NCBI GenBank assembly: GCA_947382645.1
Contig: CANDAE010000010.1
Span: forward strand, 52,097 to 116,096
Origin: an uncultured Lachnospiraceae bacterium
GTDB taxonomy: Bacteria > Bacillota > Clostridia > Lachnospirales > Lachnospiraceae
Length of the DNA stretch: 64,000 bases
Direction of reading: 5' to 3'
The notes below the pieces were generated by a model that was not told the DNA's origin, did not search any database, and saw only the letters and a list, made by a program, of their open reading frames with translations. Position 1 is the first letter of the stretch, and every line of letters starts with the position of its first letter. A program made the position numbers and the translations under genes. This document shows, piece by piece, positions 27,873 through 37,325 of this stretch.

Positions 27873-29808
27873 TATAATTAATCTGATCGGTGATATTCTG
27901 GGATGGCTGATGTATTTCAGTTATCATCTCCTGCATAATTATTTCTGGTCGATTTTATTTTTTACTTTTTTAACAAAAATTCTTTTATTTCCGGTTTCTC
28001 TAATGGTACAGAAAAATTCCATTAAGATGGTAAAGCTCCAGCCGGAAATTAATTTTATTAAAGCGAAATATTTTGGAAATGGCGAAAAAATATCAGAGGA
28101 ACAATATGAATTATATAAACGGGAACACTACCAGCCTTTAGCGGACTTAATTCCCCTGATTCTTCAACTTGTCCTTCTAATGGGTGTTATTAACGTCATT
28201 AATGATCCGGTAAAACATATTTTTCGAGGCGGCGCCGGAACATTAAATACCATGTTTGGCGGGATAGATTTGTCTTCCATCCCCATAGAAACAAGAGGAA
28301 TTACATATTTAATTCCTCTTATTGCTGCATTTTCCGCCTGGTTTATGTGTTTTATTCAAAACCGCATTAATGTGCTTCAATCCGAACAAAATAAATTCAA
28401 TCAATACGGCACTATGCTGTTGTCCATTGGCTTATCCCTGTATTTAGGCTTCTTTGTAAAAACCGGGGTTGGTATTTACTGGACATTTAGTAATTTACTT
28501 TCCATTGCTCAGTTATATTTACTTAACATCATTATGAATCCCAAAAAATATATTGATTATGATGCATTGGAAAAAAGCCGGAAAGAGCTTGCCGAAAGCT
28601 CGGCCTTTCACAAATCTTCACAGAAAAAATTATTTGATAAGGATCCTTACCGCAGGAAAGAGAAAGCCGACTATAAACGATTTTTCAAAGATTATGAAAT
28701 GCAGATTGTCTTTTATTCTGAGAAAAACGGGTTTTACAAATATTTTCAAAATATCATTGAAACCCTGTTAAAAAAATCAAACGTAATCATCAATTATATT
28801 ACAAGTGATCCGAAAGATCAGGTATTTCAAATGGAAAGCGACCGCTTCCGTCCTTTTTATATTGGCGAGCATAAATTAATTGTTCTTATGATGAAACTGG
28901 AAGCAGATCTGGTAGTTATGACCACTCCTGACCTGGAAAATTTTCATTTAAAACGCTCTCTGGTTCGAAAGGACAACGAATACATTTACGTTCCCCATGA
29001 TGTTAACAGCCCGAACCTTACTTTTCATAAAGATGCGCTGGATCATTTTGACACCATTTTTTCTTCCGGTTTTTTATGCACAAAGGAAATTCGAAAAAGG
29101 GAAGAATTATATCACCTGCCTTCCAAAAATATCATTGAATGGGGCTCCGGCGTAATTGACAATATGATTTTTGCATACGAGAATATGGATAAGCGCCGAA
29201 AAACTGTTCGGGAAATTCTGATTGCGCCTTCCTGGCAAAAGGACAATATTTTATCTTCCTGTATAGAAGAAATACTGGATTATCTGGGGGGACTTGGATA
29301 TAAAATTATTTTAAGGCCTCATCCTCAGTTTGTCCGCCATGAGGAAAGCCGGCTTGAATACCTGCGCCAAAAATATCATATGGATTCCCGTGATGACATG
29401 GAATTACAGACAGACTTTTCTTCCAACAGCACCATCTATGAAGCCGATCTTGTCATTACGGACTGGTCAAGTATTGCATTTGAATACTCCTTTGCAACAC
29501 TGAAACCATCTTTATTTATTAATACGCCAATGAAGATTATGAATGAAGACTATGAAGAGCTGGGAATTACCCCTATTGATATAGAGCTTCGCAATAAAGT
29601 GGGCAGAAGCGTTGAACTGGAAAGTTTAAAGGATTTGCCGAAAATTATACATGAATTACTAACCAGCAATGAATTTTCAAGAGAAAGCCTTCACAAAATC
29701 CGTGAAAAATATATTTATAATATTGGCTCCAGTGGAGAAAAAGGCGCAGATTATATTCTTGAAAGACTAAAGTATTATAAGAAAAAACATGAAGAGGAAG
29801 ACGACTGA
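27865..29808 (+). CDS. YidC/Oxa1 insertase domain fused to a CDP-glycerol glycerophosphotransferase (TagF/TagB-like) domain
   Basis: N-terminus: LTKILLFP...KLQPEI...ELYKRE...LIPLILQL...GVGIYWTFSNLLSIAQ (YidC core). C-terminus: ILIAPSW, LRPHPQ and ADLVITDWSSIAFEY (Glyphos_transf). Confidence 0.85.
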   Translation: MNSIINLIGDILGWLMYFSYHLLHNYFWSILFFTFLTKILLFPVSLMVQKNSIKMVKLQPEINFIKAKYFGNGEKISEEQYELYKREHYQPLADLIPLILQLVLLMGVINVINDPVKHIFRGGAGTLNTMFGGIDLSSIPIETRGITYLIPLIAAFSAWFMCFIQNRINVLQSEQNKFNQYGTMLLSIGLSLYLGFFVKTGVGIYWTFSNLLSIAQLYLLNIIMNPKKYIDYDALEKSRKELAESSAFHKSSQKKLFDKDPYRRKEKADYKRFFKDYEMQIVFYSEKNGFYKYFQNIIETLLKKSNVIINYITSDPKDQVFQMESDRFRPFYIGEHKLIVLMMKLEADLVVMTTPDLENFHLKRSLVRKDNEYIYVPHDVNSPNLTFHKDALDHFDTIFSSGFLCTKEIRKREELYHLPSKNIIEWGSGVIDNMIFAYENMDKRRKTVREILIAPSWQKDNILSSCIEEILDYLGGLGYKIILRPHPQFVRHEESRLEYLRQKYHMDSRDDMELQTDFSSNSTIYEADLVITDWSSIAFEYSFATLKPSLFINTPMKIMNEDYEELGITPIDIELRNKVGRSVELESLKDLPKIIHELLTSNEFSRESLHKIREKYIYNIGSSGEKGADYILERLKYYKKKHEEEDD

Positions 29809-29852
29809 CATTTATCCTGGCTGATTATGAACAAAAATAAAGGAGAATCTAC

Positions 29853-30983
29853 ATGCAGATAGAAAGAAAAATATTATTAAATCCCGGACCTGCAACTACA
29901 ACAGATACTGTAAAAATGGCACAGATTGTACCTGACATCTGCCCAAGAGAAAAAGAATTTGCTTCCATGATGAAGCAGATGAGAGAAGATCTGGTCCGTA
30001 TTGTTCATGGCAGCCCTGATAAATACACTTCCGTCCTTTTCTGCGGTTCCGGAACCATTAATATTGATGTGTGTTTGAACTCACTTCTTCCCGAAGGAAA
30101 AAAGATATTAATTGTCAATAATGGTGCCTACAGCGCCCGGGCAGCGGAAGTATGTGAATATTACCATCTGCCATTTATCAATCTTAGATTTCCGGTGGAT
30201 GAACTGCCTGATTTGGCTCAAATTGAAACTGCGTTAAAAGAAAATCCGGATATTGCTCTGGTTCATACCACCCACAATGAAACCGGCACAGGTATCTTAA
30301 ATCCTATTCGGGAAATTGGCGCTCTGGTTCATAAATATCATGCTGTTTTTACGGTGGATACTACATCTACTTATGCCATGCGTCCAATTAACATAGAAGA
30401 AGACCAAATTGATTTTTGCATGGCTTCCGCCCAGAAGGGGCTTATGGCAATGACAGGACTGTCATTTATTGTTGGCAATAGGGAAATAATTAAAAAATCA
30501 GCTGAATATCCTAAACGTTCCTATTACTGCAACCTGTATCTGCAATATCATTTTTTTGAAACAACAGGAGAAATGCACTTTACTCCTCCCGTTCAGACAA
30601 TCTATGCCGCACGTCAGGCAATCAGGGAATACTTTGCAGAAGGAGAAGAGACGAAATGGCAGCGGCACTTAAGCGTTTTTCATGCCATTCATGAAGGACT
30701 TGACAGGCTGGGATTTAAAGATATTATTAAAAGAAAGTGGCAGGCAGGGCTTGTTGTTTCTGTCAGGTATCCGGATGATGCCAACTGGGATTTTGAAAAA
30801 ATTCATGACTATTGTTATGACAGAGGTTTTACAATTTATCCTGGAAAAATTTCCTCCCAGAACACTTTCAGATTATGCGCATTAGGCGCTATCACCACAG
30901 AAGATATTAAAAACTTTTTTGACATATTTGAGGAAGCCCTGAAAAAATATGAGATAAAAATTCCTGTTCAATATAATGATTAA
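29853..30983 (+). CDS. aepZ: 2-aminoethylphosphonate aminotransferase (PLP, class V)
   Basis: Motifs LLNPGPATT, NNGAYSAR, HNETGTGILNP, SAQKG and FTPP. Lies beside pepM. Confidence 0.92.
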   Translation: MQIERKILLNPGPATTTDTVKMAQIVPDICPREKEFASMMKQMREDLVRIVHGSPDKYTSVLFCGSGTINIDVCLNSLLPEGKKILIVNNGAYSARAAEVCEYYHLPFINLRFPVDELPDLAQIETALKENPDIALVHTTHNETGTGILNPIREIGALVHKYHAVFTVDTTSTYAMRPINIEEDQIDFCMASAQKGLMAMTGLSFIVGNREIIKKSAEYPKRSYYCNLYLQYHFFETTGEMHFTPPVQTIYAARQAIREYFAEGEETKWQRHLSVFHAIHEGLDRLGFKDIIKRKWQAGLVVSVRYPDDANWDFEKIHDYCYDRGFTIYPGKISSQNTFRLCALGAITTEDIKNFFDIFEEALKKYEIKIPVQYND

Positions 30984-31018
30984 CTGTTTTTAGTCCACAG
31001 AAAAGGAAATACAATAAA

Positions 31019-32314
31019 ATGAAAAAAGTATACACATGTTTCTGTACGGATGTGATCCATGAAGGCCATCTTAATATTTTAAAAGAAGCAAACAAATACG
31101 GTGATGTCACTGTAGGTATTCTCAGTGATGCCGCAATGATAAAGTACAACCGTTTTCCCACCATTTCCATTGAAGAGCGGAAAACAATTGTAAAAGAAAC
31201 CGGACTGGTTTCAAACATTATCATTCAGAACGAAATTATGTACGATAATGTCTTAGCACAGCTAAAACCCGACTACGTAATTCATGGCGATAACTGGTGC
31301 AAAGGTCCGGAAAGTGCAATCAGAACCAACGTAATTAATAATTTAAATAAATATGGCGGAAAACTGATTGAAATTGGTTACACTTATAATGAAAATGTCC
31401 GGAAAATTGACGATAACATAAAAGAAAAGCTTGCAATGCCTGAATTCAGAAGAAAACGTCTCCGCCAGCTTTTAAAATTATGCCCCATTGTAAAAGCAAT
31501 TGAGGCTCACAGCGGACTTACAGGGCTGATTGCGGAAAAAACAGTTGTTGAACACAACGGAGAATTAGATCAGTTTGATGCCATGTGGCTGTCGAGCCTT
31601 TGTGACTCTACTGCCAAAGGCAAACCTGATATTGAGCTTGTGGATATGTCCTCCAGAATACGCACCATTGACGATATTATGGAAGTAACTACAAAACCTG
31701 TTATTTTAGACGGAGATACCGGCGGTCTGGTGGAACATTTTATTTATAATGTGCGCACCTTAGAGCGCATGGGCGTATCGGCAGTGATTATTGAAGATAA
31801 AACCGGGCTTAAGAAAAATTCCTTATTTGGCACGGAAGTGGCACAGACACAGGATTCCATTGAAAACTTTTGCGAAAAGATTCGCGCCGGAAAAAATGCA
31901 CAGAGAACAGAAGAATTCATGATTATAGCCAGAATTGAAAGCCTGATTCTTGAAAAAGGCCAGGAAGATGCTCTTAAACGTGCTTTTGCATATGTGGATG
32001 CAGGCGCTGACGGTATTATGATTCATTCCAGAAAATCATTGCCTGACGAAATTTTTGCCTTTTGCGACGCTTTTAGAGCAAAAGATTCACATACACCCAT
32101 TGTTGTGGTTCCAACATCCTTCAACTGCGTGACAGAAGCAGAACTGATTAAGCATGGAGTAAATATTGTAATTTACGCAAACCAGTTAACGCGCAGCGCT
32201 TTTCCGGCCATGCAGAATACTGCCATAGATATTTTAAAAAACCACAGAGCTTTGGAAGTGGATTCCAGACTAATGCCTTTTAAAGAAATTATCACCTTAA
32301 TTGATGACATATAA
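31019..32314 (+). CDS. aepX: Phosphoenolpyruvate mutase with N-terminal cytidylyltransferase domain
   Basis: PepM signature EDKTGLKKNS and EAHSGLTG; N-terminal HxGH motif (DVIHEGH). Confidence 0.96.
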   Translation: MKKVYTCFCTDVIHEGHLNILKEANKYGDVTVGILSDAAMIKYNRFPTISIEERKTIVKETGLVSNIIIQNEIMYDNVLAQLKPDYVIHGDNWCKGPESAIRTNVINNLNKYGGKLIEIGYTYNENVRKIDDNIKEKLAMPEFRRKRLRQLLKLCPIVKAIEAHSGLTGLIAEKTVVEHNGELDQFDAMWLSSLCDSTAKGKPDIELVDMSSRIRTIDDIMEVTTKPVILDGDTGGLVEHFIYNVRTLERMGVSAVIIEDKTGLKKNSLFGTEVAQTQDSIENFCEKIRAGKNAQRTEEFMIIARIESLILEKGQEDALKRAFAYVDAGADGIMIHSRKSLPDEIFAFCDAFRAKDSHTPIVVVPTSFNCVTEAELIKHGVNIVIYANQLTRSAFPAMQNTAIDILKNHRALEVDSRLMPFKEIITLIDDI

Positions 32315-32327
32315 AGTGAGTAAAATT

Positions 32328-33038
32328 ATGAGCAAAGAAATTGGTATCATTATGGCAGCAGGGCTTGGAAGCAGAATGCACCCTGTCACAAAAACAATTC
32401 CCAAGCCTCTCGTAAAAGTATTTGGAAAACCTCTTATTGAAACTGTCATTGATGGCCTTTTAAAAAGAGGTGTTACGGAGATTTATGTTATTGTAGGCTA
32501 TTTAAAGGAATGTTTTTCCGGATTGTGCGATAAATATCCACAGATTACATTAATTACAAATCCCGATTACCTTGTGAAAAATAATATTTCTTCCATTTAT
32601 GCTGCCAGAAATGTTTTAGGCAAGGCCAATTGTTTTATCTGCGAAGCAGACTTGTTGATTTCCGATTCATCCGTATTTGAAAAAAAATTAAGCAGTTCCT
32701 GCTATTATGGCCGGATGATGGCCGGTGTTTCTGACGATTGGATCTTTGAATTAAAGGACGGTTATATTTCCAGAGTCAAAAAAGGTGGTAAAGATACCTA
32801 CAACATGGTGGGTATCTCCTACTTTACAAAAAAAGACAGCCTGATTTTAAAGGAAAAAATTGAGGAAGCATACCGCCAGGAGCAAAATTCCAATTTGTAT
32901 TGGGATGAGGTAGTGGACTTAAATCTGAACGAACTTAAACTTAAAATTGAGCCTGTAGAAGAAGGACAAATTATCGAAATTGATACGGTAGAAGAATTGC
33001 TTGCAATTGATCCAAATGCAGGAGAACAGGAGTGCTGA
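32328..33038 (+). CDS. LicC/PntC-like NTP transferase (probable AEP cytidylyltransferase)
   Basis: Motifs IIMAAGLGSRM, PKPLVKV, NNISS and EIDT. Sits between pepM and ppd. Confidence 0.8.
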   Translation: MSKEIGIIMAAGLGSRMHPVTKTIPKPLVKVFGKPLIETVIDGLLKRGVTEIYVIVGYLKECFSGLCDKYPQITLITNPDYLVKNNISSIYAARNVLGKANCFICEADLLISDSSVFEKKLSSSCYYGRMMAGVSDDWIFELKDGYISRVKKGGKDTYNMVGISYFTKKDSLILKEKIEEAYRQEQNSNLYWDEVVDLNLNELKLKIEPVEEGQIIEIDTVEELLAIDPNAGEQEC

Positions 33039-33040
33039 AA

Positions 33041-34189
33041 ATGAAAGCTGACTTTTTCTTACATAAAATAAATGAAATGGGCATTCAAACTATTGTCGGA
33101 GTGCCTGATTCCACATTAAAGCAGCTATGTGACGAAATTCAACTGGATGCCGGAAAAAATTTCCGTCATTACGTAACTGCAAACGAAGGGGCTGCTGTCG
33201 CCCTTGCTTCCGGTGAATATCTTGCCACAGACAGGCCATGCTGTGTCTATCTGCAGAACTCCGGCATTGGCAATATAATTAATCCGGTTGCTTCTATCAC
33301 CAACAGGGAAGTATATGGAATTCCAATGCTTTTTGTAATTGGCTGGCGGGGTGAACCGGGCAAAAAGGATGAACCCCAGCATGTCTATCAGGGAAAAATT
33401 ACCTGCAAATTACTGGAAGTAATGGACATTCCTTATTCCGTTATTGATTCTGAAACCACAAACGAGGAACTTGATACGATTCTTGCAAACGCAGATTCTC
33501 ACCTTTCAAATGAAATGCAATATGCTTTGGTAGTAAAAAAAGACACTTTTGAAAAGGGTTCTTCCTTTACCTGGGATAATGGCTATGCGCTTGTACGCGA
33601 ACAGGCCTTAAAAACAATTCTTGAGGAGGTATATGAAGATTCTTACCTTATATCCACCACTGGAAAAATTTCCAGGGAGCTGTACGAGCAGAGCAACCAG
33701 CTTTTTGGCAGTCATGAGCGGCTTTTTATGTGCGTTGGAGGCATGGGGCATGCATCCATGATCGCATATGGTATGGCACAGGCAGATAAAACGAAAAAAA
33801 TCGTCTGTATAGATGGAGACGGGGCCCTTATGATGCATATGGGTTCTTTGGCATTTATTGCAAAACAGGCTCCTGAAAATTATTTGCATATTGTAATCAA
33901 TAATGCTTCCCACGAATCAGTAGGCGCTATGCCTACCGGTTTTTCGGGCCAGACTTACGCTCAAATTGCAAAAGCATGCGGATATCCTCATGTCACTACC
34001 GTTTACACGAAAGAAGATCTTAAGGCAGCTTTACAGAAGGCTAAAAAAATGCAAAAACTTTCTTTCATTGAGGTTATGGTATCTCTGGATTCCAGAAAGG
34101 ATTTAGGCAGGCCTTTGGAAAGTGCAAGGGAAAACAGGATTCAATTTATGAATACCTGTATTAATCAATATAAGGGAGATTTTAAATGA
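33041..34189 (+). CDS. aepY: Phosphonopyruvate decarboxylase (ThDP)
   Basis: Motifs GVPDSTLK, ANEGAAV, YLQNSGIGN, DEPQH, GGMGHAS, DGDGALMMHMG and HESVG. Confidence 0.95.
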   Translation: MKADFFLHKINEMGIQTIVGVPDSTLKQLCDEIQLDAGKNFRHYVTANEGAAVALASGEYLATDRPCCVYLQNSGIGNIINPVASITNREVYGIPMLFVIGWRGEPGKKDEPQHVYQGKITCKLLEVMDIPYSVIDSETTNEELDTILANADSHLSNEMQYALVVKKDTFEKGSSFTWDNGYALVREQALKTILEEVYEDSYLISTTGKISRELYEQSNQLFGSHERLFMCVGGMGHASMIAYGMAQADKTKKIVCIDGDGALMMHMGSLAFIAKQAPENYLHIVINNASHESVGAMPTGFSGQTYAQIAKACGYPHVTTVYTKEDLKAALQKAKKMQKLSFIEVMVSLDSRKDLGRPLESARENRIQFMNTCINQYKGDFK

Positions 34190-35895
34190 AAGAAAAACTG
34201 AAAAATTGGGGCATCGGTTTTTTGATATGCTTTTTATTTGCCTTTATGCTTTTGATTTTCGGCCCGGCAGAAATTTATTTTGTAAATGTAGCTGAATTTA
34301 AATTTGTGTATGGTGAGTTTGTATGGCTCCTGTCCGGAATTGCCATAATCAGTTCCGCTGTCATAAGTTTTCTTGCTGCATTTCTTCCGCCTGTAGTAAG
34401 AAAAATTATATGGTCTGTTTTCTTCGGGCTGTCTGTTGCCGGTTATGCACAAATTATGTTTATCAATGAAGGGCTGGATCTGCTTGGAATGAATCCGGAA
34501 GGCTATCAATCCGGTATTGGACAGGCTGTTTTCAATGGCTTTCTATGGCTGGCGCTGCTTGCTCTTATTATTTTTCTGGCTTTATGGAAGGAAAAAATCT
34601 GGCAAAGCATCATTTGCTTTGGAGCAGTTTTTTTAATAGGCATTCAATCGGTTGCCTGGATTTCATTGATGTTATCGGCTGAAGAAATTGCATACAAATA
34701 CGAAGAAGGCGAATGGTCTCTTTCAGGTGAAGACCAGTTCAAAGTATCCTCTGGCAAAAATATTATTGTATTTGTACTGGATTATTTCAGCAATCAATAT
34801 ATAGAACCAACAATGGAACAGTACCCTGATCTGCTTGACGGTTTGAATGATTTTACCTACTACAGCAACACTGACTGCACCTATTTCGGCACATATCCAT
34901 CACTGGCACATATGCTGTCAGGCTCGGAACCTGATCCTTCAATTTCAATTAATGACTGGACCTCAAAAATATGGCAGGACGAAAAAACAGTGGGATTTTA
35001 TCAGGCTTTGCATGATCAGAATTATGTGGTAAATGTTTATACTCCGGATAAAAACATGCTTTGCGGCATGAACAGTGCAGAAATATTAAACCAAAATTTT
35101 TCCAACGTTACCAATGCCGGACAGGACTTTAATGTAAACTACGTCCTTCTTGCAAAAACAATGATTAAAATGTCAGCTTACCGTATGTTTCCATATGCAT
35201 TAAAACCTTATTTCTATGCAAATGTCAGCGAGTATTCTGAAATTATTACTCCGAAAAGCAGAGGAGTAAGCCATGAAAACCACCGTTATTATGGACATTT
35301 ACTGGAAGAAAAGCTTTCAACAGATGACAAATCAAATTATTATATATTCCAGCATTTGTCGGGAACTCATGTCTATGAAACAGACATAACAGGTGAATAT
35401 GCAGAAAACTCTTCTCTGGAAAAAACCGCAAAGGGCTGTATGGTCATCATGGAGGAATATTTAAATCAATTAAAAGAACTTGGAGTTTATGACGATGCCA
35501 CTATTATTATAACAGCAGATCATGGAGGTTCAAGGGACTCACAGGTTATATTTTTTATGAAAAATGCTCATGAATCCCATGAAGAAATGCTTATCAGCAA
35601 TGCTCCTATTGGTTTAACAGAATTTCAGGCGACTATTGCACAATCTGCCGGAATTGATTATTCACCTTATGGACCAGCAGTCAGCGATATCTCTCCCTCT
35701 ATACCCAGGGAAAGAACTGTATGGGTTCGTTTGTATGTTGATACCCTGCCCTCTGTTCCAAAATATTCCGGCGAAGGAGAAAGTGTATCCAATGCCTACT
35801 GCGGCTTTACCTATACGGGAGATATCAACGATCTATTCGAAAAATATGATGATGGACCAGATATTATCATTCCGGAAACAGACGGATTTTTCTAA
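34186..35895 (+). CDS. Multi-TM alkaline-phosphatase-superfamily protein (LtaS/EptA-like phospho(no)transferase)
   Basis: About 5 N-terminal TM helices, then VFVLDYF, GTYPSL (Thr at the nucleophile position), HLSGTH and IITADHG. Confidence 0.75.
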   Translation: MKEKLKNWGIGFLICFLFAFMLLIFGPAEIYFVNVAEFKFVYGEFVWLLSGIAIISSAVISFLAAFLPPVVRKIIWSVFFGLSVAGYAQIMFINEGLDLLGMNPEGYQSGIGQAVFNGFLWLALLALIIFLALWKEKIWQSIICFGAVFLIGIQSVAWISLMLSAEEIAYKYEEGEWSLSGEDQFKVSSGKNIIVFVLDYFSNQYIEPTMEQYPDLLDGLNDFTYYSNTDCTYFGTYPSLAHMLSGSEPDPSISINDWTSKIWQDEKTVGFYQALHDQNYVVNVYTPDKNMLCGMNSAEILNQNFSNVTNAGQDFNVNYVLLAKTMIKMSAYRMFPYALKPYFYANVSEYSEIITPKSRGVSHENHRYYGHLLEEKLSTDDKSNYYIFQHLSGTHVYETDITGEYAENSSLEKTAKGCMVIMEEYLNQLKELGVYDDATIIITADHGGSRDSQVIFFMKNAHESHEEMLISNAPIGLTEFQATIAQSAGIDYSPYGPAVSDISPSIPRERTVWVRLYVDTLPSVPKYSGEGESVSNAYCGFTYTGDINDLFEKYDDGPDIIIPETDGFF

Positions 35896-36011
35896 AAAAA
35901 CGTAACTATATAAACAACGTACGCTGCCTTCATAAGGCATCCTATGTTAATAAAATCATGTAAGTCTTTTCTGCATGGAAAGGGCTTATGTGGGAAAGCA
36001 CAGGTATAACA

Positions 36012-37325
36012 ATGAACATAGTTTTATTATCCGGCGGCTCAGGCAAACGATTATGGCCGCTATCCAACGATATTCGTTCCAAACAGTTTATTAAAATTTT
36101 CAAAACACCGGAAGGCGGCTATGAATCTATGGTGCAGCGCGTTTATCATCAGATTCGTAAGGCTGATGAAAATGCCACCATCACCATTGCCACATCCAAA
36201 ACACAGGTATCTGCAATTCACAATCAATTAGGTGATAATGTGGGTATTTCCGTAGAGCCCTGCAGAAGAGATACCTTTCCGGCAATTGCCCTGGCAACCG
36301 CTTACCTTCATGATGTTCTGGGCATTTCCAGGGAAGAATCTGTGGTAGTCTGTCCCGTGGATCCTTACGTGGAGGATGATTATTTTGAAATGATTAAGAA
36401 ATTAAGTCTTCAGGCAGATAAGGGAGAAGCAAATCTGGTTTTAATGGGAATTGAACCTACCTACCCCAGTGAAAAGTATGGTTATATCATCCCGGAAAAC
36501 AGTAATTTTATCAGTGATGTTTCCTGCTTTAAAGAAAAACCTGATGTAAAAACTGCCAAAGAATATATTTCCCAGGGAGCTTTGTGGAATGGAGGCGTGT
36601 TTGCTTATAAGTTAAAGTACGTCCTTGATAAAGCACATGAATTAATTGACTTTACTGACTATGAAGATTTGTTTTCCAGGTATGAAACTTTAACTAAAAT
36701 AAGTTTTGACTATGCAGTGGTGGAAAAAGAAAGTAAAATTCAGGTAATGCGTTTTTCCGGCCAGTGGAAGGATCTGGGCACCTGGAATACCCTGACGGAA
36801 GCAATGGAAGAGCCTAATGTTGGAGAAGCTGTAATGAATGAAACATGCAGCAATGTTCACATTATTAATGAACTTGATGTTCCCATTCTTGCGATGGGAT
36901 TATCTGACGTAGTTATCTCAGCCAGCCCGGATGGCATTCTGGTTTCAGATAAAGAGCAGTCAAGTTACATTAAGCCTTTTGTTGATAAATTTGACCAGCA
37001 GATTATGTTTGCAGAAAAATCCTGGGGAAGTTTTCGGGTACTGGATGTAGAATCAGGCAGTATGACCATAAAAGTTATTTTAAACCCGGGACATAAAATG
37101 AACTATCACAGTCATAAACACAGGGATGAAATCTGGGTAGTTATCTCCGGCACAGGACATACTGTTGTAGACGGAATGGAACAAAAAGTCAGCGCCGGTG
37201 ACGTAATCACCATGCAGGCCGGATGTCGTCATACTATTTTTGCCGATACAGAATTAAAGCTGATCGAGGTTCAATTAGGCAAGGAAATCAGTGTTCATGA
37301 TAAACAAAAATTTGCACTTGAATAA
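36012..37325 (+). CDS. manC: Mannose-1-phosphate guanylyltransferase with C-terminal cupin
   Basis: Motifs LSGGSGKRLWPLS, VEPCRRDT, YGYI, FKEKP, SFDYAVVE, WKDLGTW and EKSWG...H. Confidence 0.88.
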   Translation: MNIVLLSGGSGKRLWPLSNDIRSKQFIKIFKTPEGGYESMVQRVYHQIRKADENATITIATSKTQVSAIHNQLGDNVGISVEPCRRDTFPAIALATAYLHDVLGISREESVVVCPVDPYVEDDYFEMIKKLSLQADKGEANLVLMGIEPTYPSEKYGYIIPENSNFISDVSCFKEKPDVKTAKEYISQGALWNGGVFAYKLKYVLDKAHELIDFTDYEDLFSRYETLTKISFDYAVVEKESKIQVMRFSGQWKDLGTWNTLTEAMEEPNVGEAVMNETCSNVHIINELDVPILAMGLSDVVISASPDGILVSDKEQSSYIKPFVDKFDQQIMFAEKSWGSFRVLDVESGSMTIKVILNPGHKMNYHSHKHRDEIWVVISGTGHTVVDGMEQKVSAGDVITMQAGCRHTIFADTELKLIEVQLGKEISVHDKQKFALE

